From: a virus
Virus record (IMG/VR): IMGVR_UViG_3300027749_000046
DNA length: 64,000 bases
Reading direction: 5' to 3' (one strand)
Shown here: piece by piece, positions 1-8,709 of the stretch
Numbering within the stretch: the first letter of the stretch is position 1
Layout of the letters: every line of letters starts with the position of its first letter
Notes under the pieces: model-generated
Told to the model about the DNA's origin: nothing
Database searches by the model: none
Seen by the model: the letters and a program-made list of their open reading frames with translations, nothing else
Made by a program: the position numbers and the translations under genes

Positions 1-1362
1 GATTACCTTGCGGTAGTAGAAGTTGCTGTTTGGCGAGAGAACGCCCGAACCAGCTGTAAGACCCTGAGCAAAAGGATTCGCCACGATACCGTAACGAGTC
101 TTGAAGCCGATCTTTGGCTGGAAGGACATCTGATCGACCGCACGAACCATCTGTAGGGGAACGTATGGGCAGTAGAATAGACCAGCGTCGAATGCAGACG
201 AGCCCTTGTAGCCGACGGTGAGGTAGTTACCACCGGTTGCATATGGATCGATGTACACGCGGAGACGACCGTTGAGAACACCAGCGAAGGTGTTGCCTGT
301 ATCGTCGACCTGGAGGTTGTTGCTGTTGAGAGCAGGAGCGTAGTCAAGAACACCGGCCATCTGAAGGGCAGACGCAACGTCTGACGAGCAGATAACGATG
401 TTACCCTTACCACGACGTGTTGTCTTGGCAATCTGGTTAGCTTCGCGCTCTAGCTGGAACATAAGACCCTTGAACTTCTCAACTGACCAACGACCGTTTG
501 AGTCGGTATCAAGATCGAACACGCCGGCTGTCGTTGTGTTGTCTTGTGCGCCGAGGACGCCGGTGATGTTGATCTCGCGGATAACTTCGCGGTTGATTTC
601 CGCGAGAATTTCTGCCGAGAGGATGTTCGAGAGCTCGGTCTCAGCGTCAAGGCCGTGAATTGCCTTGAGATCCTGAGCGAGTTCCATCGTGTACTCAGCC
701 TTGAGGGCGCGAGTCTTAGCGGTAACGGTTACCTTCTCGATCGAGAAAGCCATCTGAGCGAAGTCGCTTGCACCCGAGTTGTTCGAGCCGAGAGCTTCAC
801 CAGTTGCAGTCGACATACCAAACGAGGTATTGTAGAATGCGGTGTTGACCATGGCAGTGGTGTTGGTCTGACCTGGGATCGAGTTGTTGGCACCGATGTT
901 GTTGCCCTGACCGAAGGTCGTGTTACCAGCGACGACGGTTGAGAACGCGGTGTTGACTTCGTTGTAGAAGGTTTCGCCACCGGTCTGGTTGGCATAGCGC
1001 GAGCGCATTGCGAAGATAAGGCCGGTAGGACCAGTCATCGGCTGAACGCCGCAGACGTCATATGCCATTAGGTTAGGCATTGCACGACGTACGAGCGAGA
1101 TGAGAACTGGATCGAATGTGTCGATGCCGCCAGCGCCTGCTGTCGAGCTCGATGCACCCATGAAGTTTACAGCAGATGGAGCGATACCAGCTTCTGTAAG
1201 TGTCTGATAGTCACCGTGAGCGCCAGCCTCGCGGAGGGCCTTCTCGGTGTTCTCGAGCATAACTGCAGTGACCGAACGACGATGACGATCGGCAATTGGG
1301 TTAAGATCTGAGTGGTCCAGAATTGGAGCCCACTTGTTTTGAATTTCCTCAGCTAGATACAT
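1..1362 (-). CDS. gp23: Major capsid protein (T4 gp23 homolog), 3' end truncated by the window edge; absent from the ORF track
   Basis: Manual translation from the ATG at 1362 (SD AAGGGAG) gives MYLAEEIQNKWAPILDH...DPVLISLVRRAMPNLMAYDVCGVQPMTGPTGLIFAMRSRY...MAFSIEKVTVTAKTRALKAEY...QPKIGFKTRYGIVANPF...NFYYRKVI; directly downstream of gp22. Confidence 0.98.
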   Translation of the reverse strand, partial: MYLAEEIQNKWAPILDHSDLNPIADRHRRSVTAVMLENTEKALREAGAHGDYQTLTEAGIAPSAVNFMGASSSTAGAGGIDTFDPVLISLVRRAMPNLMAYDVCGVQPMTGPTGLIFAMRSRYANQTGGETFYNEVNTAFSTVVAGNTTFGQGNNIGANNSIPGQTNTTAMVNTAFYNTSFGMSTATGEALGSNNSGASDFAQMAFSIEKVTVTAKTRALKAEYTMELAQDLKAIHGLDAETELSNILSAEILAEINREVIREINITGVLGAQDNTTTAGVFDLDTDSNGRWSVEKFKGLMFQLEREANQIAKTTRRGKGNIVICSSDVASALQMAGVLDYAPALNSNNLQVDDTGNTFAGVLNGRLRVYIDPYATGGNYLTVGYKGSSAFDAGLFYCPYVPLQMVRAVDQMSFQPKIGFKTRYGIVANPFAQGLTAGSGVLSPNSNFYYRKVI

Positions 1363-1393
1363 TTGTTTCTCCCTTGTGCTTTAGGAACTGTTA

Positions 1394-1401
1394 TATTTAT
1401 T
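1394..1401 (-). promoter_or_regulatory. T4-type late (gp55-dependent) promoter, AATAAATA variant, for gp23
   Basis: One mismatch to TATAAATA, in the short gp22-gp23 gap. Confidence 0.7.
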
Positions 1402-1406
1402 AAAAG

Positions 1407-2723
1407 TTATTTCTTAATAGTTCTCGCGATCGCCTGAACGTACTTGCTCACAGACGGATCTGAAGACATAGTATTCTTCTCTGGCTCTTCAAAGCTCTCT
1501 GTCATTATGTTAGACTCGAGTTTTGGAGTCTTGAAGTAAGTCTCCTTGATGATGTCAAGCTTTCTGGCATACTTCTCGACGTCGCCGTCGAACTCAATGC
1601 CTTCCGCGAGAGCACGGAATCTCTCTTGTTGTGTGAGAGCTAAACCTGAGATAGCTTCCACAAATACTTCTCTCATACCTGTGTTTACCATTTCTCTCTT
1701 AAGCTCTACATTCTCAACGATAACGCCGTTGAGCATGTCTTCTAGCTCTTCTACCTTGGTCGCGAGAGACTCGACTACGTCTACCTTATCAGAAGGAAGA
1801 TCGAAGTAGTGCTCAGCGAAGAGATTCTTGAGTCCGCCGATGAACTCATCCATGAGCTCATTGCGCAGGGTAGAGTCGATGGCAACTTGATTCTCAGTCA
1901 TGAACTGCTCTACGACGTAGTCGAGATAGGTATCAAGACCATTTGTAAGCTCTTCTGCGATCTCTGATACTTCTTCTTCTAGTATCTCGGCATATGCCTC
2001 TTCAAGGCGAACTTGCTCGGTGATTACGCGAGCAGATACTGCAGCCTCGAATAGAGTAGAAACTTTCTCTTTGAACTCTTCAGTGAGATCCTGTCCTTCA
2101 AACATATCTTCGACGTCTTCTCTAACAGAGATCATAGGCATTGGCATATTAGCTGTTGGACCAGATTTGCCGACTGCGTATGAGCCCTTCATGCGAATTG
2201 ACGCCTCGTTGCTCTTCTCATTTGAATTAGGTGAGAGATAAGAAGCTTCCTTGCCGATGAGAGCCATAGCCTGATCGAAAAATCTCGTGCAATCGTCTTT
2301 ACTCATGCCGGCCATATAACCGGAGAGTGAGTTCATCATGCCGATCTTAGAAGCTGAGAGGGCCTTTGGATCGCTGACTGCGCGAGCTGCTGGGTGTAGC
2401 GAGTCCTCAGCCGAGGTTCCTTCGTACATCTGAGCTTCTTCAGCGGAGATTTTTCTCTGCTTTGACATAGGAAGCGATGCTCTAGTTTCATCTTCGCGTT
2501 CTTGTTCTTCTTTGTTGCGAGCGTACTTATCAAACTTTTTAGCTTGATTTTTATAGATTTTCGAAGCTGCTGTGCCTGATTTGGTGCCATTATCGAGATC
2601 ATACGCTTGTGTCAATGCTTTATGTCTAGCGCGCGCTGCAAGTTTCGAAGAAACTTCATTAATCTGAGCTTCATCGGCCTGTAGCAGTTCGTGCATTTCT
2701 TGGTTATCTTCTAAGTTTGACAT
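1407..2723 (-). CDS. gp22: Prohead core scaffolding protein (gp22) with N-terminal extension
   Basis: LTEEFKEKVSTLFEAAV...LDTYLDYVVEQFMTENQVAID...FIGGLKNLFAEHY...KLDIIKETYF; lies between gp21 and gp23. Confidence 0.93.
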   Translation of the reverse strand: MSNLEDNQEMHELLQADEAQINEVSSKLAARARHKALTQAYDLDNGTKSGTAASKIYKNQAKKFDKYARNKEEQEREDETRASLPMSKQRKISAEEAQMYEGTSAEDSLHPAARAVSDPKALSASKIGMMNSLSGYMAGMSKDDCTRFFDQAMALIGKEASYLSPNSNEKSNEASIRMKGSYAVGKSGPTANMPMPMISVREDVEDMFEGQDLTEEFKEKVSTLFEAAVSARVITEQVRLEEAYAEILEEEVSEIAEELTNGLDTYLDYVVEQFMTENQVAIDSTLRNELMDEFIGGLKNLFAEHYFDLPSDKVDVVESLATKVEELEDMLNGVIVENVELKREMVNTGMREVFVEAISGLALTQQERFRALAEGIEFDGDVEKYARKLDIIKETYFKTPKLESNIMTESFEEPEKNTMSSDPSVSKYVQAIARTIKK

Positions 2724-2750
2724 TATGGTTTCTCCATTAGAACTTTGAAT

Positions 2751-2758
2751 TATTTATA
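2751..2758 (-). promoter_or_regulatory. T4 late promoter TATAAATA for gp22
   Basis: Exact consensus in the gp21-gp22 gap. Confidence 0.8.
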
Positions 2759-2763
2759 ATAGA

Positions 2764-3435
2764 TCAATCTTTGATAACTGCGAGTGCTGAAAGATAGTTC
2801 TCAAATATATCTAACTGCATCTGTTCAAGTTGATTGCGATCTGTGTTGTGAATTACTTTCTTCATGCTATTTAGCTTCTGCTCAAGCCACGTGTCTCTTA
2901 CAGGATCATATAGCCAGTCCACGTTCTCCATGATACCCTGAACGAAAGCTCCAGGAGCCGATGGATCGGCCACGATGTCCGCTGCGGTGGCAAGACGGAA
3001 GTCAGCGCCGACTACCATGGCGCCGTCTTTACCTGGTGATAGAGATCCGAGGCCTCGCGACGAGACACCGAGACTCGCACCTGACTTCATCAGTCCCTTT
3101 GCGATGTTACCCATCGGTGTGTCGGTAAGCTTTGCCTTGCCGATGAAGTGATTGCCGTCTCTCTTTAGATCGATGATCATGTGCGACACGCGATCGAGAT
3201 TGATCTGCGGGCCCTGTGGATGACCGAGCTCACCGTATGCGCGATTCTGCTTTACGGTATCTTTCATGTAGCGCTCGACTTCAGGCTCCATGACGTGCAT
3301 TGGATACACGCGGCCGTTCTTGTTCTTCGTCTCGGCGACGAGAAACACACCCCTGATGTAGTGCTCTTTCTCGCCGGACTCTCTGGCCTCGGTGAGATAC
3401 TCTACGCTCTCGACTAGTTCTGTGATGAGCTTCAT
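2764..3435 (-). CDS. gp21: Prohead core protease (gp21)
   Basis: MKLITE, NKNGRVYP, RAYGELGHP, LGVSSRGLGS, DIVADPSAPGAFVQGIME motifs. Confidence 0.97.
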   Translation of the reverse strand: MKLITELVESVEYLTEARESGEKEHYIRGVFLVAETKNKNGRVYPMHVMEPEVERYMKDTVKQNRAYGELGHPQGPQINLDRVSHMIIDLKRDGNHFIGKAKLTDTPMGNIAKGLMKSGASLGVSSRGLGSLSPGKDGAMVVGADFRLATAADIVADPSAPGAFVQGIMENVDWLYDPVRDTWLEQKLNSMKKVIHNTDRNQLEQMQLDIFENYLSALAVIKD

Positions 3436-3445
3436 CTTAGCTTCC

Positions 3446-3724
3446 TTAGTTCTTATAGGCTACAGCTACAGCGCTTAGTGAAGTATCTGTGCTGTTTGAA
3501 GTTAATATATCAGTCGCGCCTTTCTGCACAATTACAGCATCACCACCGACAATGGACATAGTCCAGTTGATATTAGTGTTTGTTGTGTCTTTGCAGGTTA
3601 TTAGCGCTTTAGTAGTAACCGCAGAAGAGTGAGTAAGTCTTACTAGAGTGTTATTACCATACGAACTAAAAGTAGTAGTATTGCAACTTATTTCTGTGCC
3701 TAATGGCTTTACGATAGCAGACAT
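3446..3724 (-). CDS. Small hypothetical virion protein (beta-rich)
   Basis: 92-aa ORF tightly packed in the head operon; contains four N-x-S/T (NTT, NNT, NWT, NST). Confidence 0.75.
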   Translation of the reverse strand: MSAIVKPLGTEISCNTTTFSSYGNNTLVRLTHSSAVTTKALITCKDTTNTNINWTMSIVGGDAVIVQKGATDILTSNSTDTSLSAVAVAYKN

Positions 3725-3726
3725 TT

Positions 3727-6027
3727 TTATACCCTCGATATGTCTAGATTGTAAGCTGGAATTGTATTTACTGGTCCCGAGCGAGTGTAGTTCATCGGTG
3801 TATCTGCGGGAGCAGACTCATCTTCATCGTGATCGCCATAGACCATGTAGTCGTGAACAGAAGACACCATCTCTTTTGCCTGAGCGATCTTTGCCTGAAC
3901 CCAAGGCTCGATGTGCATCTTGTCCGGCATGCTCATTACCAAGTGCATCGCCTTGTTAGAGAGAGCGCGAAGCTCTGTCTTGACCATATCGACCGCCTCG
4001 TCCTCGTATACGTCATAGGACTCTCTCATTGAGGGAGTATAGCTGCATTCGGTGCACATCATCCTACCTTCGGTCATCTTATAGTGACCTTTGCCGCACT
4101 CCTCGCACATCATCTTCTCTTTGATCATATGCTTGCCTCTAGGCATTACTTCTTCTTTAACGCCTTTCTTCTGCTTCTGCTTCATCAAGGCGGCCTTGGC
4201 AAGGTGCTTAGCCTCAGAGTGTCCACCCTCGCGCGTGTGTCTTACCGGCTTCTTGTCTGCGTCAAATGGTGCATTATCTATGTCTGACTTTTCTTCTCTA
4301 ACAGCAGCACTGACTACCTTGCGACGATTCTTTAGATAGCTGTCGGTTGAATCTACCTTGCCGTCGTTGTTGATGTCATCGTCTTCTCTGCCAACCGGAT
4401 CGAGTCGCAGCTGTCTGGACTTATTATAGCGATCTTTTGCACCGGCTCTTTGATTCTTAATAGAACCCAGCGCTTCATTAAATTCAGCTTCTTCATTGCG
4501 CTGCTTGGCGTAGTAAGCTGCGACAGCCTGCTTCATGCGCTCTTTTCTCGACTTGCCTGCAAACTTAGGGTTATCTGAGTGAACAAAGTCGTGAATCCAA
4601 GACCCGATAGGTGTCTTCTTGGTGAGGACCTCATCGATCTGCTCGATCTCTTCCTTGGCAACTCTCTTGCGAAGACCCGCTCGAGTTCCGGCAAATGTAG
4701 CAGAAACTCCCTGCGTAAACCTTGGATCGACTACCGCCGTCGTGCCTCTAGCCTTTTCGCCACCCCGCATGGCTTTCTTGATAGCGCCGCGAGGAATGTT
4801 AGATACTGTACCGGTCTCGATCTTATGGATCTTGTCTTTAGCACTAGCTACCGCCTGAGCTGCCAATGCTGCCATTTCAGCCTTAGTCATCTCGTCGATC
4901 TGATCAACTTCTTCTTTAAGTTTTGCTATAGCATCACCGATAGTTGATGAATCTGGCATTGATATAATTTGTTTGTATTTTTCTTTAGATTTTATAAAAT
5001 CCGGATGATTTCTTTTCATATTATCAGGAATACCCATATGAGTATGAAATTTATATTCATTTCCTCCAAATGCAGCGTATACAGCTTTTCTATAATCAGG
5101 TTCATTAGCCTGCTGCTCTTCTCTTATGCCGAGCTTCTTTCGTATGGCAGCTTGATTGTCGGACGAAGAGCCAGGAGGTCCACCGATCTTATCATTTGGA
5201 TTCATGCCACCGAGCGAGCTTATATCTCCAGGAGTTGGTAGAGCTACTGGACCACTGATGGTAGGCTGAATGCGCTTACTGACGTCTACTTCTTTGACGA
5301 TCCTGCGGGTTGGATCGGCGCGCAGGGTACCGCGGTTTAGAACAACTCTAGTAGAAGTCTTGCCAGGAATCATCGAGCCGATCTGAGCAGACACGGCGTC
5401 TTTCTGATTTTGAGTTGCCTCACTCATATTACCTGCATCTCTAACTAGCTTTGCATCGCGAGCTGCTTTGGCTGCCTTATATGCATCGCTCTTATGCCAC
5501 TCGTCGTTCTCTTTGTCGCGCTGATATCCTGCAGGATCATAGCGGCGCTTGATCTCTTTAGCAGCTCTATCCATAGAATCGTCTTGCATATCTTTAAGAT
5601 CTTGAGCTGCATCTACTCTTTTTTGAAATTCTTTATCAAAATTTCTTCGAGTATCTACTACAGCATCGTTCTTAGCGTTGCTTCTAGCGATCATATCTTT
5701 TGTATTCTTCTTGACAGTTTCTGGATCATAATCATCTTCTTCTGAGTCGTCCGCTGCCTCGTAGACGTCTTGATCTTTGCCTCTCTTGTGACCGTGTCGT
5801 GGTTCTTTCTTCTTGTCGTCGAGTGCGTACTTGATGTTAGATGCAGAGTACAGATCAGGCCCGTTGCCCTTGCGGCTCGCCCACTTCTCTGTCTTGTGCT
5901 TGGCCACGAACTTCTGCTCATCGCCCATCTTTGGATCGTAGTCTACACCTGGGTTCGTGCCGGTTGAACCCGGAACTACCTTAGATGACTTCACGCCCAT
6001 GAGGACGTCGCTGAGCTTCTTGGCCAT
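3727..6027 (-). CDS. Large charged prohead-core/internal protein (gp68 position), modular
   Basis: 766 aa, K/E/D-rich, between the gp67-like gene and gp21; repeated (K/R)EE..QIDE junctions, an EF-hand-like loop and a CxxC...CxxC motif. Confidence 0.75.
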   Translation of the reverse strand: MAKKLSDVLMGVKSSKVVPGSTGTNPGVDYDPKMGDEQKFVAKHKTEKWASRKGNGPDLYSASNIKYALDDKKKEPRHGHKRGKDQDVYEAADDSEEDDYDPETVKKNTKDMIARSNAKNDAVVDTRRNFDKEFQKRVDAAQDLKDMQDDSMDRAAKEIKRRYDPAGYQRDKENDEWHKSDAYKAAKAARDAKLVRDAGNMSEATQNQKDAVSAQIGSMIPGKTSTRVVLNRGTLRADPTRRIVKEVDVSKRIQPTISGPVALPTPGDISSLGGMNPNDKIGGPPGSSSDNQAAIRKKLGIREEQQANEPDYRKAVYAAFGGNEYKFHTHMGIPDNMKRNHPDFIKSKEKYKQIISMPDSSTIGDAIAKLKEEVDQIDEMTKAEMAALAAQAVASAKDKIHKIETGTVSNIPRGAIKKAMRGGEKARGTTAVVDPRFTQGVSATFAGTRAGLRKRVAKEEIEQIDEVLTKKTPIGSWIHDFVHSDNPKFAGKSRKERMKQAVAAYYAKQRNEEAEFNEALGSIKNQRAGAKDRYNKSRQLRLDPVGREDDDINNDGKVDSTDSYLKNRRKVVSAAVREEKSDIDNAPFDADKKPVRHTREGGHSEAKHLAKAALMKQKQKKGVKEEVMPRGKHMIKEKMMCEECGKGHYKMTEGRMMCTECSYTPSMRESYDVYEDEAVDMVKTELRALSNKAMHLVMSMPDKMHIEPWVQAKIAQAKEMVSSVHDYMVYGDHDEDESAPADTPMNYTRSGPVNTIPAYNLDISRV

Positions 6028-6029
6028 TT

Positions 6030-6269
6030 TTATTCCTCTTCTCCGATATCTTCGTCTTCTTCGTCGCCCCAGTCGTCATCCTCATCTGTGTCTTCTGGAT
6101 CATAGTCTGCGGCAAACATGCTCTGAGATAACTCTAGCTTTCTGTCGTCTACCGCAGCGGTGATCCGATCTAAGATCAGAGAGTTGAACACGTCGCCGAA
6201 CTCAATTGGCTTCTCTGCAGCGCTGTAGTTGAGTAAGTCGCTTGCTGTATATTTATTATCTTCGGACAT
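6030..6269 (-). CDS. Small acidic prohead core protein (gp67-like)
   Basis: Immediately after the portal, acidic C-terminal tail; start chosen at MSEDNKY (ATG at 6269) because GGAG precedes it. Confidence 0.7.
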   Translation of the reverse strand: MSEDNKYTASDLLNYSAAEKPIEFGDVFNSLILDRITAAVDDRKLELSQSMFAADYDPEDTDEDDDWGDEEDEDIGEEE

Positions 6270-6280
6270 CTGAGTCTCCA

Positions 6281-7990
6281 TTACTTATTTTTTGCTACTA
6301 TCTGTGCGACCGACTTCAGCTCGGCCTCGTCTCTAAGTGATTTATTCTTCTTGTTCATGAGAAGATTATATCTAGCCTTTGCATTTGCGATCTTCTTCAG
6401 TCGAGCGCTATGCTCATCGTCAGGAGCTGCATTTGAGTCTAATCCGCCGCCCTGCTGTTGTCCATCTTCAGGAGGCGCATTGGGATCGGGCTGAGGCTGA
6501 GGATTGAATATAGGATCCTGCTGCTCCTGCATGATCTGCTGTCTGATCTCTTGTATTTCCTCGTCGGTCTGCATGAGTATGTGCTTTAGCGCCCACTCAC
6601 GTGAGTAGAAAGTTCCTAGTAGAGGAGTCACTGCGTTGAACGTATTGATCCTGTTCGTGAGGATCTCAGAGTCCTTGAGCTCGGTGAAGTAGTTATCACC
6701 GGAGAAGATATACTTGACGTCGCCAGATATATTCTTCCAGTCTTCAATCGTCATCACGCCCTTGAGTACCAGCTGCTTCCCGAGTATCTCGGTGAACATC
6801 TGCGCGAACTTTGCCCTCAGGCGAGTTACGAACCTGCCGAACTTGATCTCATCGCGTGTGATCTCAGTTGCCCTACCGAGCGAGAACAGAGCGTCGCTGT
6901 TCAGTCGGTTGATCGGAACGTTCAGTGTCTGATAGAGCTTCTTCTGGAAGTAGAGCACGTCGTCCATCTGACCGAGATTCTGACCACCGGGAAGCGTGGT
7001 AACTTCCGTACCGCGACCGCCCTCGCGACGGGGAATCCAGTAGTCCTCGAGCATCGTCATGAACTTGCGGTCGTCGCGAACCTCGCCGGTGTTGCCGTCG
7101 TAGATCAGGCGGTTCTTGTGCTTGACCATGATCTCACGAACGTACTGCTCGGCCTTCATCTTAGGGAGGTTACCGATGTCGATGTACCAGATACGACGCT
7201 CAGGTGCTCTAGCCAGACGATAGATGACCAGCGAGTCTTCCAGAGTGCGGAGCTGATTGAGGGCCTTGATGCCCTTGTGCATGTAGGAGAGAACCATCGT
7301 TCCCTGAGTATCCGTGAGTCCGGATGTAGTATAGACGATCGCGTCCTTTGCGATCTTAAGACCCGTGGTCGATGGACCTACCGACTTATTGCCGTAGTTG
7401 AAACCGCGGTCGTTGAATATGTAGTACTCGTTCTGTACTTTCTGGATGACGGCCTCGCCCTGCTCGCCGCCCTTGACTCTGCGCTTGCTGACTTCGCGAA
7501 TCTTACGGATCTTACGAGGATCGATATAGCGAAGTTCCTTGATTCCCTCGCGTGGATTCTTCTCATCGATCATGACGTGATAGTAGAGTCGGCCGTCGAT
7601 ATACCAGCGGCGATAGATCTCATAGGCATGGCGTCCAAAGTCGAGGATATTGAGGCAGTTCTTGAACTCGTCGAGCATGACTTTCTTGATCTGGTCTGAC
7701 ACCTCGATGTCGTCTAGGACGATCTTTACGATATCGTCTTCCTCGATATTCATCGTCTCGTTGACGATCTCGTCGATGGCCGCGTCGACCTCAGGCTGCA
7801 GTGACATCTCGCGGTACTTGGTGACGAGCTCTGCTTCTGTTCTGATAGTACCGTCTAGATCTAGATAAGTTCCATAAGACCCCGTGGCAGATACTACCGC
7901 GGCGCCGTCGTCTTGCTCGGCGGGCACAAACGAGGGTCTTACCTCGCCTTCTACTTTTCGCTTAAATTCAAATCCAAAGAGTTCCGCCAT
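6281..7990 (-). CDS. gp20: Portal vertex protein (gp20)
   Basis: MAELFGFEF, RRWYIDGRLYYH, LEDSLVIYRLARAPERRIWYIDIGNLPKMKAEQY, MLEDYWIPRREGGRGTEVTTLPGGQNLG. Confidence 0.98.
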   Translation of the reverse strand: MAELFGFEFKRKVEGEVRPSFVPAEQDDGAAVVSATGSYGTYLDLDGTIRTEAELVTKYREMSLQPEVDAAIDEIVNETMNIEEDDIVKIVLDDIEVSDQIKKVMLDEFKNCLNILDFGRHAYEIYRRWYIDGRLYYHVMIDEKNPREGIKELRYIDPRKIRKIREVSKRRVKGGEQGEAVIQKVQNEYYIFNDRGFNYGNKSVGPSTTGLKIAKDAIVYTTSGLTDTQGTMVLSYMHKGIKALNQLRTLEDSLVIYRLARAPERRIWYIDIGNLPKMKAEQYVREIMVKHKNRLIYDGNTGEVRDDRKFMTMLEDYWIPRREGGRGTEVTTLPGGQNLGQMDDVLYFQKKLYQTLNVPINRLNSDALFSLGRATEITRDEIKFGRFVTRLRAKFAQMFTEILGKQLVLKGVMTIEDWKNISGDVKYIFSGDNYFTELKDSEILTNRINTFNAVTPLLGTFYSREWALKHILMQTDEEIQEIRQQIMQEQQDPIFNPQPQPDPNAPPEDGQQQGGGLDSNAAPDDEHSARLKKIANAKARYNLLMNKKNKSLRDEAELKSVAQIVAKNK

Positions 7991-8008
7991 TTATTACTTC
8001 TTTCAATT

Positions 8009-8034
8009 AAAAAGGGGCTACGAATAGCCCCTTT
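8009..8034 (-). terminator. Rho-independent terminator after gp19
   Basis: Minus strand reads AAAGGGGCTA-TTCG-TAGCCCCTTT followed by TT (UUCG tetraloop). Confidence 0.85.
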
Positions 8035-8080
8035 GTCTTGTAAGTTGAGGCCATAATATATATATACTTGCTTCAGATAG

Positions 8081-8680
8081 TTATATGCCTACTTGTCCAG
8101 CGTAGCGGTCGATGCTGTAAGGTGTAGCCTCGCCTGCCTGCGTTGGGATGAAGTAGTCGTAGGTAAAGTTACACGTAAAGCGCTCGATCTGGTTTGTATT
8201 ATCCCAGCCAAGTGATATAGCCGAGATATCAGTTGGGAATAGACCGTGGAACTCATACTGGCGAATCACGTCGCCGCCCTTGCCGAACTGAGTGACGATA
8301 GTGCCGTCTGACTTATATCCAACCGCAGCAGATGGGCTCGTAACGAGTCTTCTGTTACCGGCTAGAGTATTAAGCGAGTTATGCCATGTCTCGAGTAGAG
8401 CGCGAACTGCAAAGTCCTCGTCGTTGATGACCGTGATCGACCAGTCTTGGAACGTGCGGTCGCCTGCCATCTTGATAGATCTTCCGAAGTATGGAATTGA
8501 GATAGAACCGATAGAAGAACCAGGAAGTTCTGCAGACTCGCAGAGGAAAGTTACCTTGCTTCTTGAGTTCTGATTTAGATTCAATCCGCCTGGTGTGGCT
8601 AGCTGGATCTCGAACAGGGAAGATCTAGCTCCCCCGTACTGTACGCCGCTGGCCTTGAAGTTATTGATATTAAAGGACAT
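8081..8680 (-). CDS. gp19: Tail tube protein (gp19)
   Basis: GGARSSLFEI, FLCESAELPGS, YFGRSIKMAGDRTFQDWSITVINDEDF, FPTDISAISLGWD. Confidence 0.96.
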   Translation of the reverse strand: MSFNINNFKASGVQYGGARSSLFEIQLATPGGLNLNQNSRSKVTFLCESAELPGSSIGSISIPYFGRSIKMAGDRTFQDWSITVINDEDFAVRALLETWHNSLNTLAGNRRLVTSPSAAVGYKSDGTIVTQFGKGGDVIRQYEFHGLFPTDISAISLGWDNTNQIERFTCNFTYDYFIPTQAGEATPYSIDRYAGQVGI

Positions 8681-8701
8681 CTTTTTTCTCCCTCTTTCCT
8701 T

Positions 8702-8709
8702 TATTTATT
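8702..8709 (-). promoter_or_regulatory. Late promoter (AATAAATA) for gp19
   Basis: Overlaps the gp18 stop codon, upstream of a strong SD (GAGGGAG). Confidence 0.65.

Noticed and set aside
3-995. Short ORFs of the track in the first kilobase
   Set aside because: Off-frame or antisense shadows of gp23, which the track missed because its stop codon lies outside the window
8053-8066. (TA)n run between gp19 and its terminator
   Set aside because: Short low-complexity tract with no properly spaced promoter elements
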